Below are positions 1-13,181 of a stretch of 64,000 nucleotides of DNA, piece after piece (positions within the stretch are counted from its first letter, which is position 1; every line of letters begins with the position of its first letter). The DNA is from Podospora anserina (lineage: Eukaryota). The DNA is taken from contig CM030333.1 in the NCBI GenBank assembly GCA_017654855.1, positions 1,302,001 to 1,366,000 of the forward strand, read 5' to 3'. The translations under genes and the position numbers were made by a program. The notes beneath the pieces are model-generated. The model worked only from the letters and a program-made list of their open reading frames with translations, did not search any database and had not been told where the DNA came from.

Positions 1-2
1 AT

Positions 3-2314
3 GCCCCAGCAACACCAACACCCGACACCTCCCCCGGCCGTCTCCGCGCCCGTCCGGCTGCTGCTGTGAGACGGGTTTCCTCGCTGTTTAGTCTTGTTGG
101 TGGGGGTGGTGGTGGGAGTATCCTGTCGGGTGGGAGTCCAAACCGAGACAGCTTCCCTGATCATGGTCTTCCAGGGAGGGCGCCGCCTATGGGGGCTTTG
201 CCGCTCAGTGGGTTTCATGATGGTGGCGGTGGTGGTGTGGGATTGCAAGGGCTGATGGGGGGGTTGGGGGTGGGAGGGAAAAGGGGGGAGGAGGAGAGTA
301 TTGTTTGGTCGAGGCCGACTATGATGCAGATGGTGGAGACTTTGAGGGGGGTAATGATGGGGGTTATGAGGATGCCTGATCGAGGGAGGGGAGTGAGGAA
401 GATGAAGGGGGAGGCGGGTAGGGAGGGGGATTGGGAGAGGATGGAGCTGGAGAGGGATAGGGAGAGACGGTGGGGTGAAAGGGGGGGTTGGGGGGGTTTG
501 CCGGTTGAGTGAGTACTTCTTTGCCCTGATGCTCTGACAATGAGTTTTTATACACAGATCTACTTTCTCTACCCTCGGTTACATGGGGAATCTCCCCTTG
601 TCTTGGCAGGACTATCTCAAGTGAGAACTGTGAACTGTCTTTGAGGCAGGGCTATGTTCAAACGAGGCTCGCCACAGCATTAGAATGCCCTCAAGCGAGA
701 GCCATCCTCTCAGAGGACTATATCTACATGGATCACATTGTCTGTGGAAATTATCCCACCTTTTGGCGGTGCTTGGTGGTTGGAGTCCACCACTGGCTAG
801 ACATCCCACGGTTGCCTGGACACTACATACCAAGCTACTTCCTACATCCTCATCTTATCCACGTAGTACAGAAAGCGAGCGTCCTCTAACTAAATCTTGT
901 AGATATAACTCGCATGTGCTCGTTCTCCTCGAAGGCTTCGGCCATCTTGTAGAGCAGTTGAACAAAACCCAGGAAGAGCTCGCCGAGCTCAAGAACCTGC
1001 GGGAGAAGGAAGTCGAACAGTTCCGTGGCATCAGCGAAGAATGGATTCAACGAGAGAACGGCTACAAGGCTGAAATCAAGCGTCTTGAGCTAGTCCTGGC
1101 AAAAGAAAGCAAGAACGGCGTCGCCTCTGTTGCATTGGCTAGACATGGCAGTCTCATAAACCGCTCGGGAACGAAAAGATTTCAGGCACGGTTGAAGCGG
1201 TTGAGCAGTTCCCAAGATGCCGGTAAGTTTCTCCGGACCTCCATAAAGCCCCGGAGACTAGGCTGACCACGAGTGGCAGATAACACCAGAGAAGCCCACG
1301 CCGACCCAGAGCCCAGCATGGTGGGGGTGAAAGAAACCACGTCACGTTACGAAACAATCGGTAAGTAATTCTTCCCTAACCGCGGAGCTTCCCGCGGGTA
1401 TTGACGGCCGCCTAATCGCAGGTGACATTCCACGGGACGTCAATCCTCACCGTGATGTATTGCTCTCCCGCCTGGTCGAGAAGCAGGGCAAAGCCCAGTC
1501 AAGCCGACACTTTCAAGAGGGGGAACGAGTCTTGAACCAAATACTCCCTGATACTGGGCACACCAACAGACCAAAAAGCCCACCAACCCACCGAAATCAA
1601 CGTGACGAGGATGACGAGGACATTGAGTGCCCCGCGTCCGGCGAAGTTACCCTGAAAGTACCAAGCACTAGGGAGCGGGCATCACTGTACGAAAAGGGGC
1701 AAGGGGGAGCCAATGCAGGTCCCAACAGTCACGCCTACGCTGGCGTGGCAGGTCGCCCCATTGAAGACCCATCGGCCGATGAGTCCTCTGCTAGCTCAAG
1801 ATGGGACGCGGAATCTTCAACATCTGACGATTCTCTGCAAAATAATGGCTCCTCATTGGTAGGTCCCCAGCCACGACGATCTAACGATTCGGGACCTGGG
1901 CTGTTTGACGGTACAAACAGCCAGCTAGCTGATAACGGTCTCGGCGCCATAGACGAAGGCACAGGACACATGCTCGATACAGTTTTCCTGAACCGTGGAT
2001 ACAGCTTTAAACGAGGCGATGACGAGCATCTTCCAGTGACCTCCCCCAGCCACAGGAAAGTCAAAGGGCCGGATTCTGACTCGATGTACCTTTATACATA
2101 CACACCTTTCGACGATGTATCCAGTGTGAGGCCTGACTGTGTGGGCTCGCCGTCAGAGAAGAGACCGGCTCGCCCCGCAGGTCTCGCTCCCTCCACATCG
2201 ACCGGCTCTGTTATTTGGCGGGGCAATGACGACACCATCAGAGATGAAAGGACCCCTAGAGCTAGTGCCTGCGAGAACCAGGGCGAAGACTCGGACGGTG
2301 GCAGTCAACAGTGA
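3..2314 (+). CDS. Hypothetical protein with a coiled-coil middle region, 5'-truncated. Exons <3-508, 903-1222, 1280-1360, 1422-2314
   Basis: Frame is open from the window edge. Introns 509-902 (GTGAGT..CTAAC..TAG), 1223-1279 (GTAAGT..GCTGAC..CAG) and 1361-1421 (GTAAGT..CTAAT..CAG) join the ORFs in frame (LPVE|YNSHV, DAD|NTRE, TIG|DIPR). Coiled-coil segment VEQLNKTQEELAELKNLREKEVEQF...EIKRLELVL. Confidence 0.7.
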
Positions 2315-2585
2315 TGTTCACGTCTCAACAGTTCCACGTTCCGGGGTCGTTAAGCTCAGGAGGTGACGGCGAGGGTGGGGAACGGTTGAGAGCGGCCCCG
2401 TTATCTAACTGTTGGTTCTTGTCGTCTATTGGCGGTACGGTTAATAACGACGGCAATGTTGAGCACGTAAGCCCACCGGCCCATCTGAGCTTACAGCTAT
2501 CAAGGTGAAGCTTTTGCGTGGACTCGTCGCCGGCTCACCGAGAACCTTGGACAGAATCTGCAGACACGACACGAAGGCCGAGGGT

Positions 2586-2815
2586 CGACCGAGACTCTCA
2601 CCAACCTTCTTGTCGGCATATGATTCAGGAGGTACTTCTCGGCGGCACTTCTTCTGGGCGGCACTTCTTCTCGGGGGGACTTTTGGGGTTTCTTGGACCG
2701 AAACTCTCACGAGCGTTCTTGTCGATCTGATTCAGAAGAAGGTCTATCTATGCGGGGCGTTGGGCGCGGGCTTTTTGGGTTTGGGGTGAGACCATCACCA
2801 GCCTTCTTGTCGGTC
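2586..2815. repeat. Three degenerate ~90-110 bp tandem units with an internal 15-bp duplication
   Basis: Core TTCTTGTCG near 2607, 2716 and 2804 with similar flanks (TGATTCAG in two copies, CTTTTKGGGTTT in two copies). GGCGGCACTTCTTCT occurs at 2641 and 2657. Confidence 0.6.
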
Positions 2816-4994
2816 AGACACGGGGGGGGGGAGGTTAATCCCTGAAGGGAATAATCTCCCTGAAGGGACATCTGACTCGTGATGGGTCGATATGGGGGAG
2901 AGCGATGGAGGGATGGTGTTGTTTATAATTCTTGGAGGGGAGTTAAGGGGTTCAAGGGCGAGAACCTTGATGGGCAGGGGTCTGGGGATCTCGATGGATG
3001 GATTCACATGGGATTATGAAGTGTAGAGAGATTTGTATGATTTTGTATGAAATATGAAGGCTTGTGGCAGCTACGTTCAGTGAATATCTACATGATTGGT
3101 GTGTGTTTGTCTCCATGGAACGGTTATACGTGTTGTTTGATACCTGGTAAATATGAAGACTCTGTCGTCAAACGGTATGACAATTTTCATAACGGGTATA
3201 ACGGGTTTATGCTCGAGATATGCATTGAACGTTTAGCCACGTTTCAGGGGGCGAAAAATGACTGACTGACCGGGACAGGCGCGGGACTAAGAGTAGTGAG
3301 GCGAGAGATTGTGGGCAAATGTGACCTCCTTGGTTTTGCAATCCAAGATTTGGGGCCGAAGCCATAGTGTGTGCCACTGTTGTCTGGGTGATGGCTGCTT
3401 TAGGGGGCGGTTAGGGGAGATAGGAAGGTGTTATCACGAGGGAAATTGTGCTCATTGTGGAGGGTCTATGATGGGTGTAACTTCTTGGTATCCAGGATAA
3501 AAGTGAAGTCGTAATACTAATGGCTTGAGTGGATGATCCGGGGCGCGTAGGCGTTTGTTAATTAAGGGCAAGTGTTGAGAGGGGGGAATGGAAAGCTCTT
3601 GAAGGTGGGAGTAAGAAACGAACAATGAACGAGGCTTGTGGCGAGTGGAAATCCAGGCTGTATGGTGCTCGTGGGGGGAGTGTAGCTGTTGTGACGTGGG
3701 TTGGTGATGCCTCGCGGGTTATCTTTTGGGCTGAGGTCGGGCTTCCTAGGCATGTTTCGTGGTGATCATGTGGTGTTGAGGCTTGCTCAGCTGTGGAGGC
3801 TGGCGAACGTTATTCACCTGAAAAGTGATAAGGCTGATGTTGAGCGTTGAAGTCTAACGTGGCGTTTTGGGAAACGTTGAGGTTTCACAAATTCGTGGCT
3901 TCGGCAACAGGATAACGTTTGGCGACGGTTGAAGCTGGTTCAATAGGTTTTATGGGCGTCTTTCTAGAAGTTTGATGGACGCATGACGATACTTGGCGCT
4001 TTTTACTAGGAGTCTTTGCTGCCATTTCGATGCCCTTATCGTGGCTGCCTAGAGGCTTTGATGATATTGGCTTTTGCCACTATGCGTATTGTTCTGTTTT
4101 TGTGTTTGGGTTTGCGCATTCATGCTTGGATGTTGCCTCTTTTCTCATTGTGAGTCCCATGTGACTCCCTAACCGTTGGGGAATTGTGGATATTTGGGCT
4201 CACGTATAAGCAGGTACCCGTATTGCTATTTCAGGCCGTTGACTGCCTGGCAGTTGGTGCCACCTTTTGTTCCCGGACACCGGGTTGCTCACGAGGCCAC
4301 AGCGGAGGGTGACGGTTGCCAATCTTCGCCGTTGAACACGCGGCCGGGGCTGATGTGAGGTGAATGAGGCTGAGAACTTAGACGTTTGATCCCGGTTTCG
4401 CCGGCTGTACCACAGGAACGTTGAGATAGAGTGGCGGCTATTCCACTCCATGAACCACGCTTGAGAATCGCTGGACAGGAGCGCCACCATTTTCGTCACG
4501 ACTGATGGCTCTGGCTACACCTACTAACGTAAAGCCTCCCGTGATCGAGGATGTGGAGATGGGCAAGAGGGTTCTCATGGTGTAATTTTTTCTTGTGCGA
4601 TTGCGTGTTGATCCAATAGGGCTGGAATACATGAAGATCAAATTATTCTCGAGTTATTTCTTGAATTGATCTCAGGTTACATAAGCCGTTGCGGTGAGCC
4701 GTTAGGATCTGTTGAAACAAACCCTTTGTTTTCCCAACGACTGTCGTTCATAAGAAGCCCTCAAAGGTAAACAATGACGTAAGCTTTGAGAGTCTCATCA
4801 TCGCAAATTGTTGTTGAGAGGCAACACATATGTCTAGAAGTAGCTCACTAGCCGGCCCTCATATATATGTATGTTTGAGGTGGTATGAAGCTCTTATAAG
4901 CCCAAGGAAACTCCAGCACTCAGGCAGTATGTTTTAATACTTTGCCCTGACCAGCCCCGGTGAGCATCATCGTGAGCTGCTGTTTTATGACTGT

Positions 4995-5007
4995 TGTGTG
5001 TGTGTGT

Positions 5008-5047
<40 letters not shown>
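4995..5047. repeat. (TG)n microsatellite
   Basis: About 26 TG units with one TA interruption. Confidence 0.97.
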
Positions 5048-5050
<3 letters not shown>

Positions 5051-8000
5051 TCCAGACATATATCGCAGTTGCTCCTGCCATTTCTTACAAAGATACCAGC
5101 GGCGAACAGAACGAGGAAGGTGCGATTGCGATTCTCGTTGCCCACTCAAGAGGAAGGCGCGACTGCCACCTTACCAGACCTTTTCCGCTGAAGCTTAACC
5201 TGGAAACTTCTGTTCTTCCTCTTCTTTCCATCCCACAGTTCAATCTTTATTCCAAACTCCATCACCAAAGTACCGCCTTCGGCACGAAAAAGATAACTAT
5301 CACAACAAGTCTCACTCATTCAAACCAATTTTCAAACCCGAAGGATCTTAACTCTCTGCAGCCCAGTTTTTGTCACCAAGATGGCACCTTACTGCCATCC
5401 CAGCCCACTTTCACACGACACCCTCATAGCAATGAAACCTCGGTACAGCAATCACATAACGGCTCAAATGCAACACACCATGCCATTCACTGTGTACATC
5501 ATCATCCCCTAGCTAATTACCTACTTCAACCACCTTGCCGCTTGCAGAGTGGTATACTGACATCAGGCTAATAACCTGCTTGCACTTCCCGTCTCCGTTC
5601 GCTACCTGTCATATGTGAAACGTCCTTGTGACTGCATTGCTCTTCCAAATGCGACTCTCGGAGTCGTATGACAATGTATTCCATGCCACCCACCCAACCA
5701 ACATTGGCTGCTTATACTTTATCTACTTTCGTCGTTCCTGACTTGGTGTGGGTGTGGCTGACCGTTGAACCGTTGCAGATTACCTGCACCCACTCTTCGT
5801 CGCTGGGAAGCCCCCCGTTGCATCACCACAACTGCAGTCCCATTCTCTCTCGAAATTCACAGAACGACATGTCAACGTCGATGAAGTTATCATTGGCACC
5901 CGCGCCGCTCTTCGTACCAGACAACCACGATGGCTTTCGGAACGGCGCCATACGGTACGTACCGGGACCAGCGTTCGGGTTCGGGACGGACCATCAAACG
6001 GACAACGGATCACGGATCACGGATCTCCAAACCTCAATTAGGCAGGTCCTTTGACAACTTTCCTCCCCCATTCCCCCACAACCAAAAAACGTGCAAAATG
6101 ATCACGAAAGAGGCAGAAAACCCGCACCTTGTTCCGATCTGAAAATTCGATAACCGAAACTAGACCAGGAGCACGCCGCCGTCGCGTGTTGGGGCTGTTT
6201 CGGGTCCAGATCGTCGGGACTGTTGCATTCGGGTTCTTGGAATCCTGTAGTTTGCAACATAGACGATATAAGGAAATTAATTGGCTGCTTGGCCCGGCGA
6301 CCAACAACTACATAACAACGACAGGCAACAGTAGCGACCGAAGCTGCAATAGGTTGCTTTGTTTACTTGTGGTCGCAAACCCCTATTTCTGGTGGTGGTG
6401 TTCTCAGGGGTAAGTCAGCAACAACGTTTTCTATTGTTGTTTTACCTACTTGTTATTTTCATAATATCCTTTCAATTTGTATTCTGTTATTTTCTTTTAC
6501 TGTTCCCTCTTTCATTAATTCACTCGGCATGTTAACGTCACCGCCTCTTCCGTTGATCTTGCAGGATACATCCTGCATGCAACTCAATCTAGTGGACGTT
6601 TCTTCCCACCTCTTCCTAATCGGTGTGAGGGTGGGCTTTTTCTGCTTGCATGATCTTTTCTCCCCACAAGCTCCAACGGCTTTTCTTGCGCATCGTGGGA
6701 CACATCGGCGATACCCGTCGAACTCCATTCCATCACGATTCTTCTCCGGTCTAGATCCCTCTCCAGCCCACATTCTCCAGACCCTTTTACTCACCGCATC
6801 ATTATCTGATCCGTCTTGATCGGGCCTATTGGGTAATACCCATGACCCCGGGCTCCCGACGGGCGGCCAGCGCCGCGTGAAAACTCTATTGTGCGGTGCC
6901 GTCTTTTTACCACGAGGATAAAAGACTGAATCGTGGAGATTATGTTGCCAAGCACGCGGTGACCTCCGAGTAGTTCTTCCTTGCAATGCCTCATGTAAAC
7001 TCATCGCCGTCCAGGACCCGACTCAAGCTCGGCACGGTGACGCCGGGCCGGATATGCTGCTGAGGCGTTGTTGGAGGTGGAAGCTGAGAGGCGGTGCCGG
7101 CCGAGGCGGCAAAGGACGGCACAAGAATGGAGGCAGGTGTGGTGAAAAGTGGAAGACTCTTCAAAACCATCACAATTAGCAAGGGTTATGGCTGTCACCG
7201 TGAAGGTTCCCGTGGAGAAACGGCTGTGAGGCTGACTCTCCACCTGAGGCTTCACTTGAGCCTCATCTGCTGATCCGAGCACATCGTTGTTTGAGGTGAT
7301 AGAACTGACGAGCCGGAAAAGCCGCACACACCACTTTCCTGACAGCAAAGGGGTCTGGACCTCCAGCAGGCTCGGTATCTCGGTATCGCTCTCGCGAGCT
7401 TGGCCTCAAAACAGAGGTTGTGGAAGGGCTGTTGGGTCCCAGATCGAGGCTTGCAAGTGAAGCTGAAAATGAGAGGGAGCAAGGAGATGGTAGTTTGCCA
7501 CTTTCTTTATCAATCTTTGCAAAACGAAGCCAGTGGTGGACGGCGTTCTTGGGAGTTGTCAGTTCATCAAAGACAGCTTTGGTGCTAAAAGATAGCGTCC
7601 GTCAAAGTTGCCGTATCTCGGTAAGAAACCCGTCACCCACGTGTTTCACAACCGAATCCGATACGATCTTTTTGCTGACAAGAGACAAGCCGAACCAAGA
7701 CAAGAAATTGGAGAACCGGGCCCCATCTTTCTCTCAGCTCTCCAACGGTTTTTTTGGACGAACGGTTTTTTTTTTTTGGATGTGTCTGAGAGTTTACCAG
7801 GACTCGGCCTGTAAGATTTTGTGGGCACTCCCCCACCACCACAAAAGGCCGACACCGAGGATTGTGGGTGAGTGTAAAAACTCCACAAGTTTCTCACGGA
7901 CAGTGGAAATCTGGAGCCGATTGTAGTAGTGGTACACAGGCATAGGTTGACGATGAGCTGGTTTCCTTTTTGGGAATGTACCAAGGTCAAGGTGTGCCGT

Positions 8001-11000
8001 TAGTTGTGAGTGTAACCCATCTCCTTGGGCGCGGTGGGCTTGGCTTTTTTGTGGGTGTAGGTAGTTTGTCAAAGCTTTCAGTGTTGCTAGATTGTGTGGT
8101 GTGGTTGTGTTTGGATGCTGCATTACAGTGGCAAAAAAGAAATGGTGAAAAGTAATACGGGAAAACTACGCCCGTCTCTGCAGTTGAGGAACTTCGAAAA
8201 TGAGGCACAGGTGCAAGTTTGTGTGTTACATACCGCCTGCAAGAACATGGCCCAGCCAGTCCAGAACAGTGGTGTGGTGTGCTGGTGTCAGATCATCAAC
8301 TGTTTTTTTTTCAACGGCTTCTCCGCGCCTATCAAGATAGTGCGCGATCTGAGGGTGAAGGGGGGCCACGGGGCCAAGGGAGCAGCAGCACATGGCAGAC
8401 GGGGATAATGCCTCTTTGCTTCAAGGTCCACCCCGACGGTGGGGAGAAGTGGGTGAACTTGTTTGGTTTTATCAGGGGATGGAGGGGGGTTAGCTTTTTG
8501 AGCAACAGGCAACGGCGATAAACACTGCCAGGTAAAGCCGAAGAGAGTGAGAGAGGGAAAAGACTGTGTTCTCCGGTGGATTTACGGAGTTGGGTAACAT
8601 AACGCTACAGATTTGGTGAAAGCGCATTTTTTTTTCTTTTTTTTTTCGAAAGAAAGCAAATCCCGGACGACAGGAAGAAGAAAGACAGGGGAACACAAAC
8701 TTATCTTTTGTAATACAGCCTGTCTGTCAGCAATGTCGAGGGACGTCGTATTGCTTGCCTTTGTGTGCCCGTCACACAACTCTTGCTCGGACTTTTTTTT
8801 TTGTTTTTGTTTTTTTTTTGGCTGTTTCTTCCTTTTCAAGTCTTACAAAATAAAAGAGCCAGTATCTGATATGATCGGCAAAACGTCCGCCGTTGTGTCA
8901 CCAAACACGAGAGTCACCCCCTCTGAGATCTCTCCACTTGTGATCTTGCAGCGGAGTTCCTTCCTTCCCGTCGCCCGGCCAGCGACGGCGCGCCGTTGTG
9001 TGTCTCTGACCGTTTTATCGTCAACGTTCTTGTCCCCTTCCTGCTGCCCCGTGCGTGCTTGCGGCGCCGGCGCCAGAGGATCGGATGCGCCATCAAATAA
9101 TGGCCACAATGGCGGTAATAATAAGCCTGTAGCAAGATAATAGTTCATGGATATCCCCCGAAACCAACGACATTTGTTTCTTAATCCCCGCCGTAGCGCT
9201 TTGATATATCACTACCGCCGTAAGAACGCCATTCGGCATAACAAGCCCGGCTTAATCTTCTGGGGGGCATGGGTTGAAGATGATCGATATCCATGAGGCA
9301 CATCATCATGGCGTCCAGACCAAAAAAACAAAAAAAACAAAAAAAACAAGCCATTTTCGACCTTCGGTAAAGAGCAAAATTTTGGACTGTCTCGATGTGA
9401 ACCTAGACTTTCTTGGGTGTCAGCCACATTACCACCACCCAAGACCGACCGTCGTTGGGGATCTGCTCGGCAGATATTCTTTCCGGGTGCAGATCATCGC
9501 CCTCCCTCCCTTGATATCGTGGTATCCTGCTGCAAAATCCAGACCGCTTGGAAGAGGCAGGCAGAGAGTGAGAAACAATTTCGTCATAAACGGGCATCCA
9601 CCCGGGATGCTGCGATGCAGGTTGAGTTGTCCTCATCATCTCCCGCCCCGGTTCCATATCGGGAACAATATGCTGTAATCGAGGAGGAGGCTTGCTTGCT
9701 TCGGTGATGATGTCGGTGTCCTGAAAAGAAAGAGATCCCGGTGGGCGGCACCGTTTTTGATCTTTCTTCTTCTTTGGTCATGAGTCTCTCTGTTCTCCAC
9801 GATGTGATTTTGACTCGGAAAAATAAACGGTCAAGAGAAAAATGGCCCCCATCACACAAAAGCCACTAACAACGTTGAAAAGTGAACCCCTGCCGCTCGA
9901 GATCGGGCTTGGTATCAACGCCTCTTTTTCCAAGGACACAAAAAAAGAAAAAGAAGCAAACAATGATCTTGTTTCCTGTTTCGTTTCTCATCAACCCCAT
10001 GTTCCAGATGATATCTCATGTTTCCTTTTCCTCACACACAACCCGCCAAGAACCATTAAACGAAGTTTGATATAACACACTAGCCTCCCCCAGCAGAGCG
10101 GCTGCTGCGGGATCTACACTGTCGGTTTTTTTGGTGGTACATTGTGGTGCACAGACGCCAGGCCGGGAACATCATCGTCGATATTTGACAGGCGAGCGAG
10201 GTCGCCGACCTGGAAACCTTTCCCGAGGGGGGAGGGGGGGTGACACCACGCGTGCGCAGGTCAGTGCTTTTTTCTTTCTTTTTATTTTTTATTTCTTTAT
10301 GTTAAGCCCCTACCCGCCTGGGCTGCTAAGAGACCTGGTTTGTGTTGGAGTGGTGATGATGATGCATCTCCGAGCTTGCTCGGCCGGGTGACTGCTGGAT
10401 GGCTGGATGGATGGATGTCGTCGTCCAGCCCGCATTTCTTTTGATATGTGTTTATAAAAGGGAAGGGAAATGCTGCGGTTACATTGAGAATGAGGAGTGA
10501 GAGACTCGAATGCCGGCTTGGTTTCGCGCGCGGCGGGCTGGAGATCCCGGCGTGGTGTTGTGGTGCGGTGATGTATGTAGTATGTACCAAACAAAAGTAT
10601 TGAATGCGGCACAACCGCACAATCCCAGTGAGGCGGGAAGTGATAATAGCTGAGTGTTATTTCTTGCGCTCTGCCCTGCAAGGTGAGTGAGGCTATCGCT
10701 ATGCCCCAACTCAACCAAGGTCAGGCGGAGAACGGGATTCGGACCAAGCCAAGGTGAGAAGAGAGTGTGGAGAAAAAAAGGGTTGCAGCGTTACGTTTCT
10801 TCAGCTTGCAACAACTCACCACTTGGCAATAGCGCCTCGCCAGTTGCGGTCGGGGAGCGGAACGTAGCGCGTCGATCAATCAATCAAAATCAAAAACGAT
10901 GGCACCCGACTGTTTGGCTCAGACGCTGTGCCCCAAGCAACCCTTACACTAGCGTCACTTTTCTCCAATCAAATCTTCCGTTTTTTTACTACTTTCTCTC

Positions 11001-11034
11001 TCTCCGTTTATTCAACTAACCGATACGCCGCACG

Positions 11035-11065
<31 letters not shown>
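11035..11065. repeat. (AC)n microsatellite
   Basis: About 15 AC units with one interruption. Confidence 0.9.
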
Positions 11066-13181
11066 ACAAACTTACAAGGATCACGACGATCTCCCTTTTC
11101 TTTTCTGTCCCCCTTGTATTCTTGCGCTTTGTTGTTGCAAGGCCGCCGCCCTGTAAGATTGACAACAACGGTGGAGAAAAGCTATACCTATACTGGCAAT
11201 TTTTGCGGATGATACGTTGGGTTGGGAATTACCCAGGGTTAGTTATAACTCTAATACCTTTTGGCTGAATGTCTTGGCATTTTTCTTTCACGACTTCCCC
11301 AAAAAAAACAATTTCTCCATATTGCGGAAGAAAATGATTATCGATCGGGACAGCTTCGGTCTGAACAGACAGATCGGGGGAAAAGCGACGATCATTTCCA
11401 ATTCCTCTTCCATTTTGGGGGGCCTTCTTCAATATCCACAGCGTGTACAACGGCCTTGGTTTATGAATGGATCGAGTCAACAAAACCAAGTCCGGGGTAG
11501 GGTACCTACCTAGACAGGTTGTATACGCCGCGGAGGAGGCATGAATGACAGCTTTGCCTTTCTATTACATACATACACCTTTCCAAAACCCCACGAAGCT
11601 ACTGCGAGGTACTGTACCTGAATAATAAAAAATCCCGTTCCAACGGCTCCTCGTGATGCATGATCTTGAAGCAGTTTGCTAGTTAGCGTGTCCACCAGCT
11701 GCCCAACGGTTTGTGGATTACCTCCCTTCAAGTCCTTGTTTCTCATCATCAAGCATCGTCATTGATCGGTTTGGTTTGGAAAACCGCCCCAGAATCCTTC
11801 GTGGCTCTCTCCAGATCGACCATTGGACTCCAAGCGTCAACACCGATCAACAATGCAGAAACGTCTTCACGATCGGGCCGTTGTGGGATGAACCACCCCC
11901 CCTAAACCAAAGCTGTGCAAAGTGATCAGCAAGATGGCTGTTAAACTCCACAAATCCTCTCCAGCTCGTGTCAGGCCTCTTTGTCAGATCGGATAGGTCC
12001 AACAACTGGCCGCCGTTCATTTTAGGGGAGCTAAGGAACGAAGCCTTCCAGCCGCCGTTGAACTTAGCTATCCGGCCGAGTTCTTTCTTCTCTCATCATC
12101 AATGACGAAATTGGTTTCCTTCTTGTTGACAGTGATGATGATGATGATTGTGATCTTCCCATCTTGCACATCTCAATCCTCCCCTAACCTATCTCCGGCG
12201 CTATTCACAATTCACAACAACCTGCCCTATGTAGACCACCAAAAAGATACCCCCCAGTCCCGGTCTCCATCTGGGCCTAGGTCCTTGAGATGGTATGACC
12301 GGGAACGTACGGAGGAATAAAAAAAATAGGGCTAGTCTAATGTCTGTTCACCGTTTTTGTCCCTTTCCCCTGCTGTTTCCAGGGGATGTTGGTGGCAGTG
12401 GCGGCCCAAGTCTCTGCCTGCCTGTTGTCCACCCAATCCCTTCTGGGATAATTGAACAAACCCAAAACCAGTAGCAGCGCAATGTGGAGATCTGGGCTTG
12501 CTTGCCTGTCGGTCACCAGCCAAGCTTGTAAACCCTCAACGGCCAGTGATTACCCGCCCACTTCCAAGGTAAAAAAAAAAACATCATCACCGAAACCAGC
12601 CGAACAAGTAAAAATGTATGTGCAAATCCCCTCACCAACTTCGCCCAGAGGGCTCAGCGGTATCGTCATATGTATTAAGACTCTCTCGCTCGCTCTCCTT
12701 GCAGCCAGAGCCACATCGTCAGTCGGTAATTATTATACATGGTAATCCACATCGCTTTTTCCTTTCCTTCGTGCGCTCATGTCATCCGACCTCCCTGACA
12801 GAAAGTCGTTCCCCCCACCACCCATCAAATCAATAGTGTATATGCATGTTATCCAAGAATGAACCCTTGCAGACCAAAGCAAGAAGAAAAAAATGTACAA
12901 AGTAAAAATGAAAATAACAAAGGAAAAGAATAATGTAAAACAAGGGACCAATTCGTATGGACGGGGTATCATCAGTATAAACACAGGTTTGTCGACAAAG
13001 GAAAAGAAAAAGAAAAAGATTAAAAACCCAGGGGAAGAAAGCCATTCGCTATGCAAAACCTTGCAAGTCCCGTCTTTTGTTTTGGTTTGCCCCTCATCCA
13101 AAGTCGTGTTTTTTTTTGTTGGTGTTATTGTTCAAGAGTCTTGTTCGTTGGTCTGGGACTCGCAGGTGGAGCATCCCCGAA

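Noticed and set aside
4960..5571. 203-aa ORF and neighbours with VC/HT repeats (also 63279-63880)
   Set aside because: Frames pass through TG microsatellites and have no protein-like content.
6991..7348. Possible small spliced minus-strand gene (GCTAAT..AAG acceptor)
   Set aside because: No convincing donor or start, and no recognisable product.
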